Below are positions 37,935 through 47,294 of a DNA stretch of 64,000 bases, piece by piece; positions within the stretch are counted from its first letter, which is position 1, and the number at the start of each line of letters is the position of its first letter. The stretch spans positions 7,340 through 71,339 of the forward strand of contig JAWBXL010000005.1 in assembly GCA_038867895.1 (NCBI GenBank). The letters are read 5' to 3'. The position numbers were made by a program, and so were the translations under genes. This stretch comes from Candidatus Bathyarchaeia archaeon (lineage in GTDB: Archaea > Thermoproteota > Bathyarchaeia > Bathyarchaeales > DTEX01). Under the pieces are notes generated by a model. That model was not told the DNA's origin. It saw nothing but the letters and a program-made list of their open reading frames with translations, and ran no database searches.

Positions 37935-39356
37935 TTGATTAAAGGCAAAAATAGGGCAGTTAATGACTTAAGAGACGCTATTGCTCTAGCCGAAGAGAAT
38001 AACGAGCTTGTTAGAATAAAAAAGCCAGTTAATGTTGAACTCGAACTCGCTGGTGAATATTTAAAATATGCTGGCGGAGTTCCAATCCCACCACCAACAA
38101 AAATCGGACCAGTAGTACTTTTCGAAAACGTATTTCGCCTCATCAACTCACAAAAGATCCAGTACAAAATACCTGTTATAGCTGGTGTTTTAGGAAGCCG
38201 GGAGAGGGTTGCACAGTATCTGGGCGTAAACAGAGAGAATCTTTCTTTAAAGATGCTGGAAGCTATAGAGAATCCTATGCCTCTGAGATATGTTAGCGAT
38301 GCACCCTGTCAGGAAGTCGTGATTGACAAAAATATTAATTTGTTAGAGCAGTTACCTATACCAGTTTTATCGTATGATTGCGCTGGCCCCAGCATCACGA
38401 TGGGTCTAATGCGGGCATTAGATCCAGAAACCGGACATGGAGATGTAACCTTCCATAGAATAATTGTTGTCGGCCCAGACACGTTAACCGCATTTATGAG
38501 CCCAATAAGGCATATAAAACAAATGCAATTGAAGGCTGAAAAGAAAAATAAGCCTTTTCCCGTCTCAATAAATATTGGTCTTGATCCATTTACCGCGATA
38601 TCTGCTGGTCTTTCCCCTCCAACCGGAACAGACATTGATGAGCTGACCGTGGCAGGAGCTTTAAAAGGATCACCTATAGAGGTTGTAAAGTGCAAAACAA
38701 TTGATTGCGAAGCTATCGCTAACGCGGAAATAGTGATTGAAGCGGAAGTGCAGCCAAATGTAATGCTGATGGAAGATTTAATTACGAAAAAGGGATGGAC
38801 AATACCCGAAATGGCTGGATATATGGGGAGAGCAGTCCCAGCGCAAGTTCTTAAAGTTAAAGCAATAACTCACAGGGAGGATGCTATATATCAGACATTA
38901 ATTAATCCGGGCGAGGAACACAACATTATTGCGGGAATCCCGGGTGAAGCTGAGATTACAAATGCTATTTGGAGGGCAGGTTATAAGGATCTTCTCAAAA
39001 ATATATATCTCCCACCAGCGGGCGGAGGGAAATTGATGTGTGTTATACAAGTGAAAAAGAGGGATAGTGGGGATGATATGGAAGTCAGGAATATTGCTAT
39101 GATCGCGCTTGCAACAAGACTTGAAATCCGCTGCGCAATCATAGTTGATGAGGATGTGGAGATATATGATCCAATGGATTTATGGTGGGCTTTAACAACA
39201 AGATTTAACGCAAAAGAAGGTCTCGTAATCTTAGATCAAATTAAATCATGGCCTGGTTTAGCTGAATATGTACGCGATAATAAAATGATCCTCGACTGCA
39301 CTCTTCCATGGAGTGAAAAAGAAAAATATTTTAGACCACGTTTCAAGCGAGGATAA
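37935..39356 (+). CDS. UbiD family prFMN-dependent decarboxylase, AroY/LpdC (protocatechuate/gallate decarboxylase)-like clade
   Basis: DVTFHR, INIGLDP, PEMAGY, GEEH..AGIP.EA, PAGGGKL, IIVDEDV and TTRF closely follow recalled AroY/LpdC signature segments. Confidence 0.88.
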   Translation: MIKGKNRAVNDLRDAIALAEENNELVRIKKPVNVELELAGEYLKYAGGVPIPPPTKIGPVVLFENVFRLINSQKIQYKIPVIAGVLGSRERVAQYLGVNRENLSLKMLEAIENPMPLRYVSDAPCQEVVIDKNINLLEQLPIPVLSYDCAGPSITMGLMRALDPETGHGDVTFHRIIVVGPDTLTAFMSPIRHIKQMQLKAEKKNKPFPVSINIGLDPFTAISAGLSPPTGTDIDELTVAGALKGSPIEVVKCKTIDCEAIANAEIVIEAEVQPNVMLMEDLITKKGWTIPEMAGYMGRAVPAQVLKVKAITHREDAIYQTLINPGEEHNIIAGIPGEAEITNAIWRAGYKDLLKNIYLPPAGGGKLMCVIQVKKRDSGDDMEVRNIAMIALATRLEIRCAIIVDEDVEIYDPMDLWWALTTRFNAKEGLVILDQIKSWPGLAEYVRDNKMILDCTLPWSEKEKYFRPRFKRG

Positions 39357-39766
39357 CCAGAGAAGACCACAATAGAAGAAGCCCTTAGCGCTTGGTTATC
39401 TTTAACTCTTTTGTCAAAAGGCATAGTTACGTAGTATTTTTCCTAAGATTATTTTCATCTTAAAGGACGCTATTGGTCTTAATATTAACAGGCTATTTCT
39501 TCATCAATGTTATCAGCTTTAATCAGTTTAGCAACCTAAATTTATTTTTCTTAGCGAACTTTTACTGTATAGATTTTCTTTGAATATTCCGCAAGGAAAT
39601 TCGCGCGCCCATTTCTGGTTCAGATAGAGGAGAAGAGTATAGGAAAATCTAGGAAGACAAATAATTTAAATCAAAAATCTTTATGAACTCCACAAATTAG
39701 ATGTAGACAAAAAAGCTCTTTAATACTCCCATTAAAAATAAAAGGTTATTCTAAAATATTTGATTT

Positions 39767-40510
39767 ATGGAGAAGTGGAGAATTGTCGATTATGAATTTA
39801 GTGATCCTTTCTTAAACTTGGCGGTTGAGGAAGCTATTTTATTAGCAGTTGATAAAGGTCTCTCACCAAGCACTATACGTTTCTGGAGAAATGACAGGTC
39901 AGTAATTATTGGTCGTTCTCAAGACATATTTAAGGAAGTTAACATTGACTCATGCACTAAATACGATATAAGGATTGTGAGGAGATTTACTGGTGGAGGA
40001 GCTGTTTATAATGATTATGGAAATCTGAATTGGTCCATTATCATAGATAAATCTAGCACTTTATATCCTAAGGGCATCTTTGAATTGTATGAAAAAGCTT
40101 GCAGGGCTGTGGTTGAAGGCTTAATGCATTTAGGTGTTAAGGCGGAATTTAGACCACCAAACTCAATATGGGTTGAGGGCAAAAAAATTTCTGGGCTAGC
40201 TGCCTATATTAAAAAAAATTCAGTGCTATGTCACGGTACGCTTCTCATAAACGCTGACCTGCTAATTCTTTCAGAGGTTCTGTCCAATATACTCCACCCA
40301 GTAACTAATATTGAGAAATATTTGAGGGTGGATAATCCCCTATCACATGTTAAAAAGTCTATTCTCTATGGTTTTAGAAGATTATATAAAATAGACTTTT
40401 ACCATGATAAACTAACAAGCTATGAAAAAGAGACGGCTAGACAGCTATATACAAACAAGTTTACTAAAGATATCTGGAATCTTAGAGGAATCTTTCCACA
40501 CGATTCATAG
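39767..40510 (+). CDS. lplA: Lipoate-protein ligase A (catalytic domain)
   Basis: NLAVEEA, RFWRN...IGRSQ, VRRFTGGGAVY, KKISG, HGTLL. Confidence 0.9.
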   Translation: MEKWRIVDYEFSDPFLNLAVEEAILLAVDKGLSPSTIRFWRNDRSVIIGRSQDIFKEVNIDSCTKYDIRIVRRFTGGGAVYNDYGNLNWSIIIDKSSTLYPKGIFELYEKACRAVVEGLMHLGVKAEFRPPNSIWVEGKKISGLAAYIKKNSVLCHGTLLINADLLILSEVLSNILHPVTNIEKYLRVDNPLSHVKKSILYGFRRLYKIDFYHDKLTSYEKETARQLYTNKFTKDIWNLRGIFPHDS

Positions 40511-40599
40511 CTTGCTAAAAACATCTTTTTTCAATGTATAAATAAACAGGGTTAGATTAAAAATAAATACTTTTTGATAAAAGTTGATGATGCTATCTT

Positions 40600-41913
40600 C
40601 TAGGGGTAATCAAATATTATTGCACCGTATTCAAACGTTTTCGTTAAAACCTCTGGGCCAGTCTCCCTCACTACCACCACGTTTTTGAGCCTTCCGCCAC
40701 CTATCCCCGGTATAAAGAGGTTTGGATGAAATCTGAAAGTCATGTTTCTTTCAATTTTTATCGGTTTATCTAAGGAGAGACCGGAAATATTCGGTGGCTC
40801 GTGTGATAATGTTCCTATTCCATCAGCTCCCCATCCAAGAGATGGTGGAATCGGGCTTATACCAGGTATAAATGGGATGTCTGGCACCTCTCGTATATAC
40901 TTTTTATATCCATATTCCTCCAGTACTTTTTCACCAGCTAAGAAGACATCGGCTGTTGTAACGCCAGGTCTTAGCACTTTAAGCGCTGCCTGCGTAGAAT
41001 CATAAAGAGCCTTGTAGATCTCCCTTTGCTGTTCCGTAGGCTTGCCAACAGTTCCAAATAAGGATATTGTCGAGCAATAACCGAGGAATTGCGCACCTAT
41101 ATCAAAATACCACGGATCACCATACTGAAGCTTCCGATCTGTTGTGAGTCTAAAATATGGTGCAACATTCGGCCCAGAGAGAACCTGGGGGGACCATGTT
41201 AGCCAGTCTACGTTTTCTTTATAATAATAATGAGCTATCGCAGCAGCCACCTCACATTCTTTAACACCTTCATTAAGCATATTTAGCGCAACTGCAGCCG
41301 CATTATTTGTAATGGCTGTTGACATCCTGATTAGTTTAATTTCTTCTTCACATTTTGAAGCTCTCCTCAGACGGAGCGCTTGATCATCAACGACCTCAAA
41401 GCTTGGCAACTTGTTTTTCAATTCCATACCAAGAGCATAGGGCATTACATCCACCGCTATTCTACCACTTCGAACGCCCTCTTTCTCAAAAATTCCTGTT
41501 AAATGTTTAAAGAAGTGTACGAGGGCCTCTGGCCGGATGAACATTCCACCTATAGGAGCTCTAAGTGGACGAATATGGTCTTTTGGTATCCAGTCAATTC
41601 TCTCCTCAATCCATAAGTAGTCGCCTGACCATGGAAATAAGTATGGATCACCATTTTGGAATAAGAGAGATGCGATTGCTGTCTCTATAGCTCCAAGTTC
41701 ATAAAACATAAAGTAATCTGTCACATAACGTATATTTCCAGGAAGGCAACATAGATATGCGTCGATGCCATAATCCTTCATAGCCTTCTGAAGAGTTTCC
41801 ACGCGATATTTCCTTAATTTATAAAAATCAATAGTCGCTACTTCATGAATATAGGACATTATTTTTCTCACCGGCTGATTAATTTTTATATACTTCCTTA
41901 AAACTCTTTCCAT
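40600..41913 (-). CDS. M24 (pita-bread fold) Xaa-Pro peptidase/creatinase-like protein with degenerate metal ligands
   Basis: Creatinase_N-like NIRYVTD, K..EEI, FDIG...GYCS, HEPP; most canonical metal ligands are replaced. Confidence 0.8.
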   Translation of the reverse strand: MERVLRKYIKINQPVRKIMSYIHEVATIDFYKLRKYRVETLQKAMKDYGIDAYLCCLPGNIRYVTDYFMFYELGAIETAIASLLFQNGDPYLFPWSGDYLWIEERIDWIPKDHIRPLRAPIGGMFIRPEALVHFFKHLTGIFEKEGVRSGRIAVDVMPYALGMELKNKLPSFEVVDDQALRLRRASKCEEEIKLIRMSTAITNNAAAVALNMLNEGVKECEVAAAIAHYYYKENVDWLTWSPQVLSGPNVAPYFRLTTDRKLQYGDPWYFDIGAQFLGYCSTISLFGTVGKPTEQQREIYKALYDSTQAALKVLRPGVTTADVFLAGEKVLEEYGYKKYIREVPDIPFIPGISPIPPSLGWGADGIGTLSHEPPNISGLSLDKPIKIERNMTFRFHPNLFIPGIGGGRLKNVVVVRETGPEVLTKTFEYGAIIFDYP

Positions 41914-41983
41914 ATTTTAGGTAAGTGAAAATAAATAAGGGTAATTTAGCTTTGCAGGAGAAACTCGCAGTAAGAGGAATTTG

Positions 41984-42733
41984 CTATTGCGTGGCTCGTT
42001 TGAAAAAGTCTAAGACAACTGGTATGAAAATATCTTCGCGTACACTTCTAATGTTATGTCCCGTGCTAGGCATAATTAGCAGCTCACCTTTTGGAAGAGA
42101 TCTATAAAATCGCACAGCCTCTTCTACTGGAATCAAACCATCGCGATCACCTACAGAAACTAAAACTGGAAAGTCTGCTCGTTTAATATATTCCTCGCTC
42201 AAAGTTTTTGACCCCTTATTTTGCATGAAGGAAGCTGCTTCTTTAAGGAGGTTTCTCCAACGTTTTCCATGAAGTTTCTGAAGTGTTTCTGCAAATTTTG
42301 GATCCTCGCTTACTATTCTGTCAGGATCCATTTTGTCAATTATGGATCGAACCGCGTTTTCATCCCAGTAAATTTTTGAGGCGTGCATTACGAGGGCCTT
42401 GACTCTGCCGGGATGCCTAATGCCAGCCATTAAGCCCACAAATCCGCCTAAACTATAACCGCACACAAGAACAGATTCTAGATGTAATGCATCAAGAATC
42501 TTGATGAAGTCGTCTACGAAAAGTTTGTCTGATAATCTCCCATCGGGATTATCTGTTAGACCATGACCGCGCATATCTACAGCGATTACGCGATATTCTC
42601 TAGAAAAGAATGGAATAAATCTCCTCCAATCGCTTTCAATTGATCCTAATAAACCATGTAAAAGAATTAGGGGTTTGCCTTCCCCACTCTCCTCTAGATG
42701 GAAAGTAGTGTTATCTATCCGTATGCTTAACAT
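41984..42733 (-). CDS. Alpha/beta hydrolase (enol-lactonase/esterase-like)
   Basis: LLHG, DMRGHG, GYSLGG nucleophile, GDRD acid, TGH His. Confidence 0.92.
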   Translation of the reverse strand: MLSIRIDNTTFHLEESGEGKPLILLHGLLGSIESDWRRFIPFFSREYRVIAVDMRGHGLTDNPDGRLSDKLFVDDFIKILDALHLESVLVCGYSLGGFVGLMAGIRHPGRVKALVMHASKIYWDENAVRSIIDKMDPDRIVSEDPKFAETLQKLHGKRWRNLLKEAASFMQNKGSKTLSEEYIKRADFPVLVSVGDRDGLIPVEEAVRFYRSLPKGELLIMPSTGHNIRSVREDIFIPVVLDFFKRATQ

Positions 42734-42967
42734 TATAAATAATTCTATAGAATTATCTTAATAAGGATTTAATGAATAAAGTGGAGAAGACTCCGTGAAA
42801 ACTTTATAGTGTTTAGTAATGAGTTGAGTCCCTCTTTGGCAACATAGAGAACGCACGGTTCTCCAGTAATAAACGCCTGATTAAGCCGAAAACTTGCAGG
42901 AGAACAGAAAGATAAAAATTATTTATAGTGAGGACTACAAAAGATATAATCAGTTTTGGTGATATAA

Positions 42968-44895
42968 ATGGCGATAACAAATTGTTCTGTTGAGTGGCCT
43001 TACTTAGTAGATTACGAGAAGATAAACAATGTTGAAACAGATGTACTAATTATTGGGGGTGGCATAGCTGGTTCCTGGGCGGCTATAACCGCCGCGAGGA
43101 GAGGTGTAAAAGTTGCTGTTGTCGATGAAATGGATGTTTTTTCCGCTGGTCCTGCTGGTTGCGACCACTGGAACTTTGCTTTCGATAATCCAGCTTGCAA
43201 GGTTAAGCCCGATGAAGCAATTGAGATTTTAGAGCGTATTACTGGGGGGCGTGTCACAGGAATTGCTCGCTATGTAACCTTTAACGAGTCATTTCAGACT
43301 CTTTTGGAGCTTGAGAGACTCGGCGCAAAAATTAGGGATACGGAGGACGAGTTTAAGGGGGCACCATTTAGAGACGAGGAAACCAAGCTGCTATATGCTT
43401 ATGATTATGACATAAAAAGCAGCATAAGGGTCTGGGGGCAAACATTCAGACAAGCGCTTTATGAAGAGCTTGTAAGGCTACGAATCTCGCTGTATAATCG
43501 AATTTTAACTACAAGTTTACTTACTGAGAAGGGGAAAATTGGAGCACGTGTGGTGGGAGCGACGGGTGTCAACGTGCGAACTGGTGAATTCTATGTCTTT
43601 AATGCAAAGGCTATAGTGCTATGTACGGGGGGTATTGATGGTGCTTGTAGGATTTGGGGCTATTGGGGTTATTGTTTTAATTCATTAGCCTCTCCCTCGC
43701 AAGTTGGTATAGGTCATGCAATGGCCTTTAATGCAGGCGCTGAATTAGCCCTACTAGATTCTTTTGGAGTAGGTCTAAGGTCTCATGGTGAGATGCCATC
43801 ATATGCTACTGGCAATCCCGGTAATACATGGTATCCATGCACAATAGTTGACGCTAAAGGAAGGGAAATACCATGGATCGACAAGTACGCGAAAAAACTC
43901 TTAAGTCATTAGAGGAACGCGTTCGCTCAAGCTTGCGTGGCTATAAAGCTGCTACGGGTGTACCTACATGGCCAGCGGAACTGTTCCCAAAACCAATAGC
44001 CTATTATCCTTCCTCTAGAGAAGCACAAGATGATTTCTTCGAGCGCACGAAAAGGGGAGAGTATAAACTACCGCTTTATGCTGATCTGCCAGGCATGCCT
44101 GAGCATGAGAGAAGGGTCATTTTTGGTTTAATGGTAGCGCAGGAGGGAAAAACGTGGATCTTATACAGGAATCTAACGCAAGCAGGATTTGACCCAGATA
44201 AGGATATGCTTCAGAGCTACTGGTTCGGTGCTTCACCACCGTTGCGCTCAGCCCTGGACCCGCTAGAACACATATATTTTCAGGGAGGGGGCGGAATTGT
44301 GTATAACTGGGATTTCAAAACAAGCCTTGAGGGATTATATGTTGCCGGAGACGCATGCATATACAGTTCGGAACACTCTGGAGCCGCTGTTACCGGACGC
44401 TGGGCTGGAGCTAAAGCCGCTGATTATGCGAGAGGAACATCTTTTGGAGAAGTTATCTGGGATCAAGTTGAGAGGGAGAAACAGCGTGTTTATGCTCCAA
44501 CAAAAAGAACTAAAGGTATAAACTGGAAAGAGCTTAACGTCGCCATATGTAAGGTTATGCGCACATACGTTAACGATCTGACCAATGAAGAAATGTTGAA
44601 AATAGCCTTAAAGTGGCTTGAGGAGCTGGAGCAAGGCGAGGCCCAAAAGCTTGTTGCAAGAAACCCGCATGAGCTGGCAAGATCATTAGAAACACTTGGT
44701 GTTTTAACAAACGCAAAATTAATAGTGCTATATACATTAGAAAAAATGCGTAGGGGTAGAGTAGAAGGGATGTTAACGATGAGATTGAAGGAGGATGGCG
44801 GAACCGAATTTAGGGATCTCCCGCCCAGATGGTGGCTCCTTCTACCATATGCCCCTACATATAGGGAGAATTATGAGAAGCATAAACCATGGTGA
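42968..44895 (+). pseudogene. AprA/SdhA-like FAD flavoprotein split by a -1 frameshift (ORFs 42968-43912 and 43873-44895)
   Basis: The first half has DVLIIGGGIAG, GCDHW and AKAIVLCTGG; the second half has TSLEGLYVAGD and ARNPHEL. The frame changes at an A6 run (43892-43897). Sequencing error is not excluded. Confidence 0.75.
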
Positions 44896-45308
44896 TAAGT
44901 ATGAGCGAGATAAAGAAATATTACGCGCCAGTAGAGGTAAGCTCCATAATAGAATTTGATCCAAGCATATGTGATGGATGCTACCCAGCTTTCCGTGAGC
45001 CGCTTTGCGTTAAGGCCTGCAGGATGGATATTCTCATACCGAATCCAAATGATAGGAGCAAGCCGCCAATACTTATTTATCCGGACGAATGTTGCGAGTG
45101 CGGTTGCTGCGTCCATGCCTGTCCGAAGTCTCTACAGGGGGCAATAAAAATGAACTGGCCAACACATAAGCTGCCTAGATGGAAGAGAAAAGAGACTGGC
45201 GAGCACTTCCGTGTTGGAATGCCAAATCCACCGCCACCAAACCCAAGGCCACCAGTCGGAGGATGGTACCCGGAAGTAAAAAGGAAGAAAGAAGAAAAAA
45301 TTTCTTAA
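44889..45308 (+). CDS. AprB-like 2x[4Fe-4S] ferredoxin subunit with extended C-terminal tail
   Basis: CDGC...CVKAC..D and YPDECCECGCCVHACP; WKRKETGE tail; overlaps the flavoprotein stop. Confidence 0.8.
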   Translation: MVISMSEIKKYYAPVEVSSIIEFDPSICDGCYPAFREPLCVKACRMDILIPNPNDRSKPPILIYPDECCECGCCVHACPKSLQGAIKMNWPTHKLPRWKRKETGEHFRVGMPNPPPPNPRPPVGGWYPEVKRKKEEKIS

Positions 45309-45506
45309 ACTTCTTTATTTTCAATTTTATAGCGACATAGATCCTTACGTCTGGACAGGAATCTTCATGATAAATCTAAATATGCAAAGGAATCTAGAAG
45401 CATATATATTCTCTTAAAGGATGTGAGTGGTGATAGTGCAGAAAAACTATATTTATAATTGGGGAGATAAAGTAGAAAAGTTGCGGATTATTCCAAAGTT
45501 TATTTG

Positions 45507-45613
45507 TGGCGCCGCCGGACGGACTCGAACCGTCGACCCACGGGTTAACAGCCTCAGCCCCTGAGCACACTTGCCCATAGGCCCGCTGCTCTACCTAACT
45601 GAGCTACGGCGGC
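45507..45613 (-). tRNA. tRNA-Asn(GTT) with a 30-nt intron at position 30/31 (45553-45582); CCA encoded
   Basis: GCCGCCG acceptor stem, GCTCAG..GGTAGAGC D arm, GCGGG/CCCGT stem with CT-GTT-AA loop after intron removal, GGTTCGAGTCC T arm, GCCA end; BHB motif present. Confidence 0.95.
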
Positions 45614-45749
45614 TCGCTCTACTGGTCAGCGGCGCCATTAAATTTGAGGTGCCATGGAATATTTAAGTTTTAATTTCGTTCTTATATTTCATAGCAATAT
45701 TCTTAAATAGGATTATCTCTAAGAATATTTTTGGTGTAGATCGTTTCCG

Positions 45750-45827
45750 GGGCCCGTAGCTCAGCTAGGTTAGAGCGGCGGGCTCATAACCCGCGGGTCG
45801 CCGGTTCGAGTCCGGTCGGGCCCACCA
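45750..45827 (+). tRNA. tRNA with CAT anticodon, most likely tRNA-Ile2 (agmatidine-modified); CCA encoded
   Basis: GGGCCCGTAGCTCAG...GCGGG-CTCATAA-CCCGC...TTCGAGT...CGGGCCCACCA. The GGGCCC acceptor stem with A73 is Ile-like, not initiator-like. Confidence 0.92.
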
Positions 45828-45873
45828 TTCTTCTCTTATTTCCATGTGTTTTTATTAAAACTTGAAGTAGTTT

Positions 45874-47270
45874 TCACTCTCCGGATATCTTCGCCTCCTT
45901 AATCCTTATTGCTGGGAAGAAGTGGCCCTCCCCCGAAGGTTCTTCCTTCCTTAGATATTAAGTCGATGTTCTTTAGGAAGTCTAATATGTGTTCCCCAAC
46001 TATCAGATTCTTTACTGGGAAGGCTTTCTCTCCATTCTCTATTAGGAAGCCCTCATCTATCGTCGTTGAGAGCTCGCCTGAAACAATGTTTGGTGTAAAG
46101 GATGCATTAACGGCGAGTACTCCTCTCCTAGTCTCCCCTATAATCTCGTCTAACGTGCATTCGCCCGGCTTAACCCTAACGTTGCTTGGACCTGCGTCAA
46201 CATAGCCTCTATATCCGTCTCTAATTGCATGAGCGGTAGACTCAACATTCATGATCCCCCGCAGAATAAGAGTTATGCAGGAATGTTAGGACCACACCGT
46301 CCTCAATAACCTTTACTGGTCTTTTTGGGACACCCTCCCCATCATATGCGCTACTGGCAACTGCCCCTGGAATAGTTCCGTCATCAATAATTTCAAGGTC
46401 TTCTGGCGATATCTGTTTGCCAATGAGGTTTGAGGCGAATGTTCTCCCCTTAACCGCCCGCTCGCCTGAGAGGGCTGAGAGTAGGCTCATGAAAAGTGTG
46501 CTAGAAACCTCTGGAAGAAGTATAAGCGGCAGCACCCCGCTCTTAATTTTTCTGGAGCCAAACTGTTCTATAGCCTTCTCAGCGGCTTTCCGCCCAATCC
46601 AGTATGGATTTATGCCGAACAGCCGTGTACTGTAATCAAATTCATAGGAGCCTCCAACATCATCACCCTTCCTGTATACCGGCCGTATATAGACTGAGGC
46701 GATGGTCTTCTCGTCCTCAATGTTAACCTCGGTTGAGGCCATTAAGCGGAGCATCGTATAACTTGCATGAAATTCGCCCCGGTACATTCCACCCCTACGC
46801 GTGTCCTCGCATGCTTCGATCATACCCCTTAGGGATTCTCTTGCATCTTCAAGAGATAAGTCGACTATCTCTTTATCGCATAGCCCAAGAACTATTTGCG
46901 CCTTTGAAGGCCCGGGTATACCCTTAAAGTATGGATCTGGTTGAGCAGCCCTAGCATACTTGACGGCCTTCTTAACGATTTCCTCTATGTCTTTTTCGTC
47001 TAGGCTCTGGGTGTAGGCTACGCCTAAACCCCTGTTCTTAAAGACCCTTACGCCTATACCCCTCAATATTCCAGAGGATAATGCCTTGGCAACACCATTC
47101 TCAACGTTTATACTATTAATTCTCTCTTCAAAATACCTTGCCTCACAGAAGCGTGCTCCTAAGATAGGCCCCTTCTCAACAATAGATTCAAGTAGATCTT
47201 CAACCAATAATAGAGCCATCCATAAGCCAATTATAAAGGCATCAATAGAACCCATATTTATTTCTTTCAT
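45874..47270 (-). pseudogene. TldD/PmbA family protein (PmbA/TldE-like) interrupted by two +1 G-run frameshifts; true start probably ~47210-47222
   Basis: GIGVRVF, DDGT, YDGEGVP, HNSYSA, N.VSGELS. Removing one G at 46256-46260 and one at 45930-45934 gives ...SAGIMNVEST... and ...GHFFPAIRIKEAKISGE* with a stop at 45874. Confidence 0.8.
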
Positions 47271-47294
47271 GGAGATATTAGCTTCTCCAGCTTT

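Noticed and set aside
39360-39660. Possible decayed gene remnant on the minus strand between ubiD and lplA
   Set aside because: Several stops and no recognisable family motif; cannot be supported without a search.
42820-42905. Small hairpins and CTGATTA...GAAA upstream of the AprA-like gene, resembling a hammerhead ribozyme or fluoride riboswitch
   Set aside because: Core consensus and required stems do not match either family; an Infernal search would be needed.
45750-45827. Calling the CAT tRNA initiator or elongator Met
   Set aside because: No A1-U72 initiator pair, and the GGGCCC acceptor stem is Ile-type, so Ile2 is preferred.
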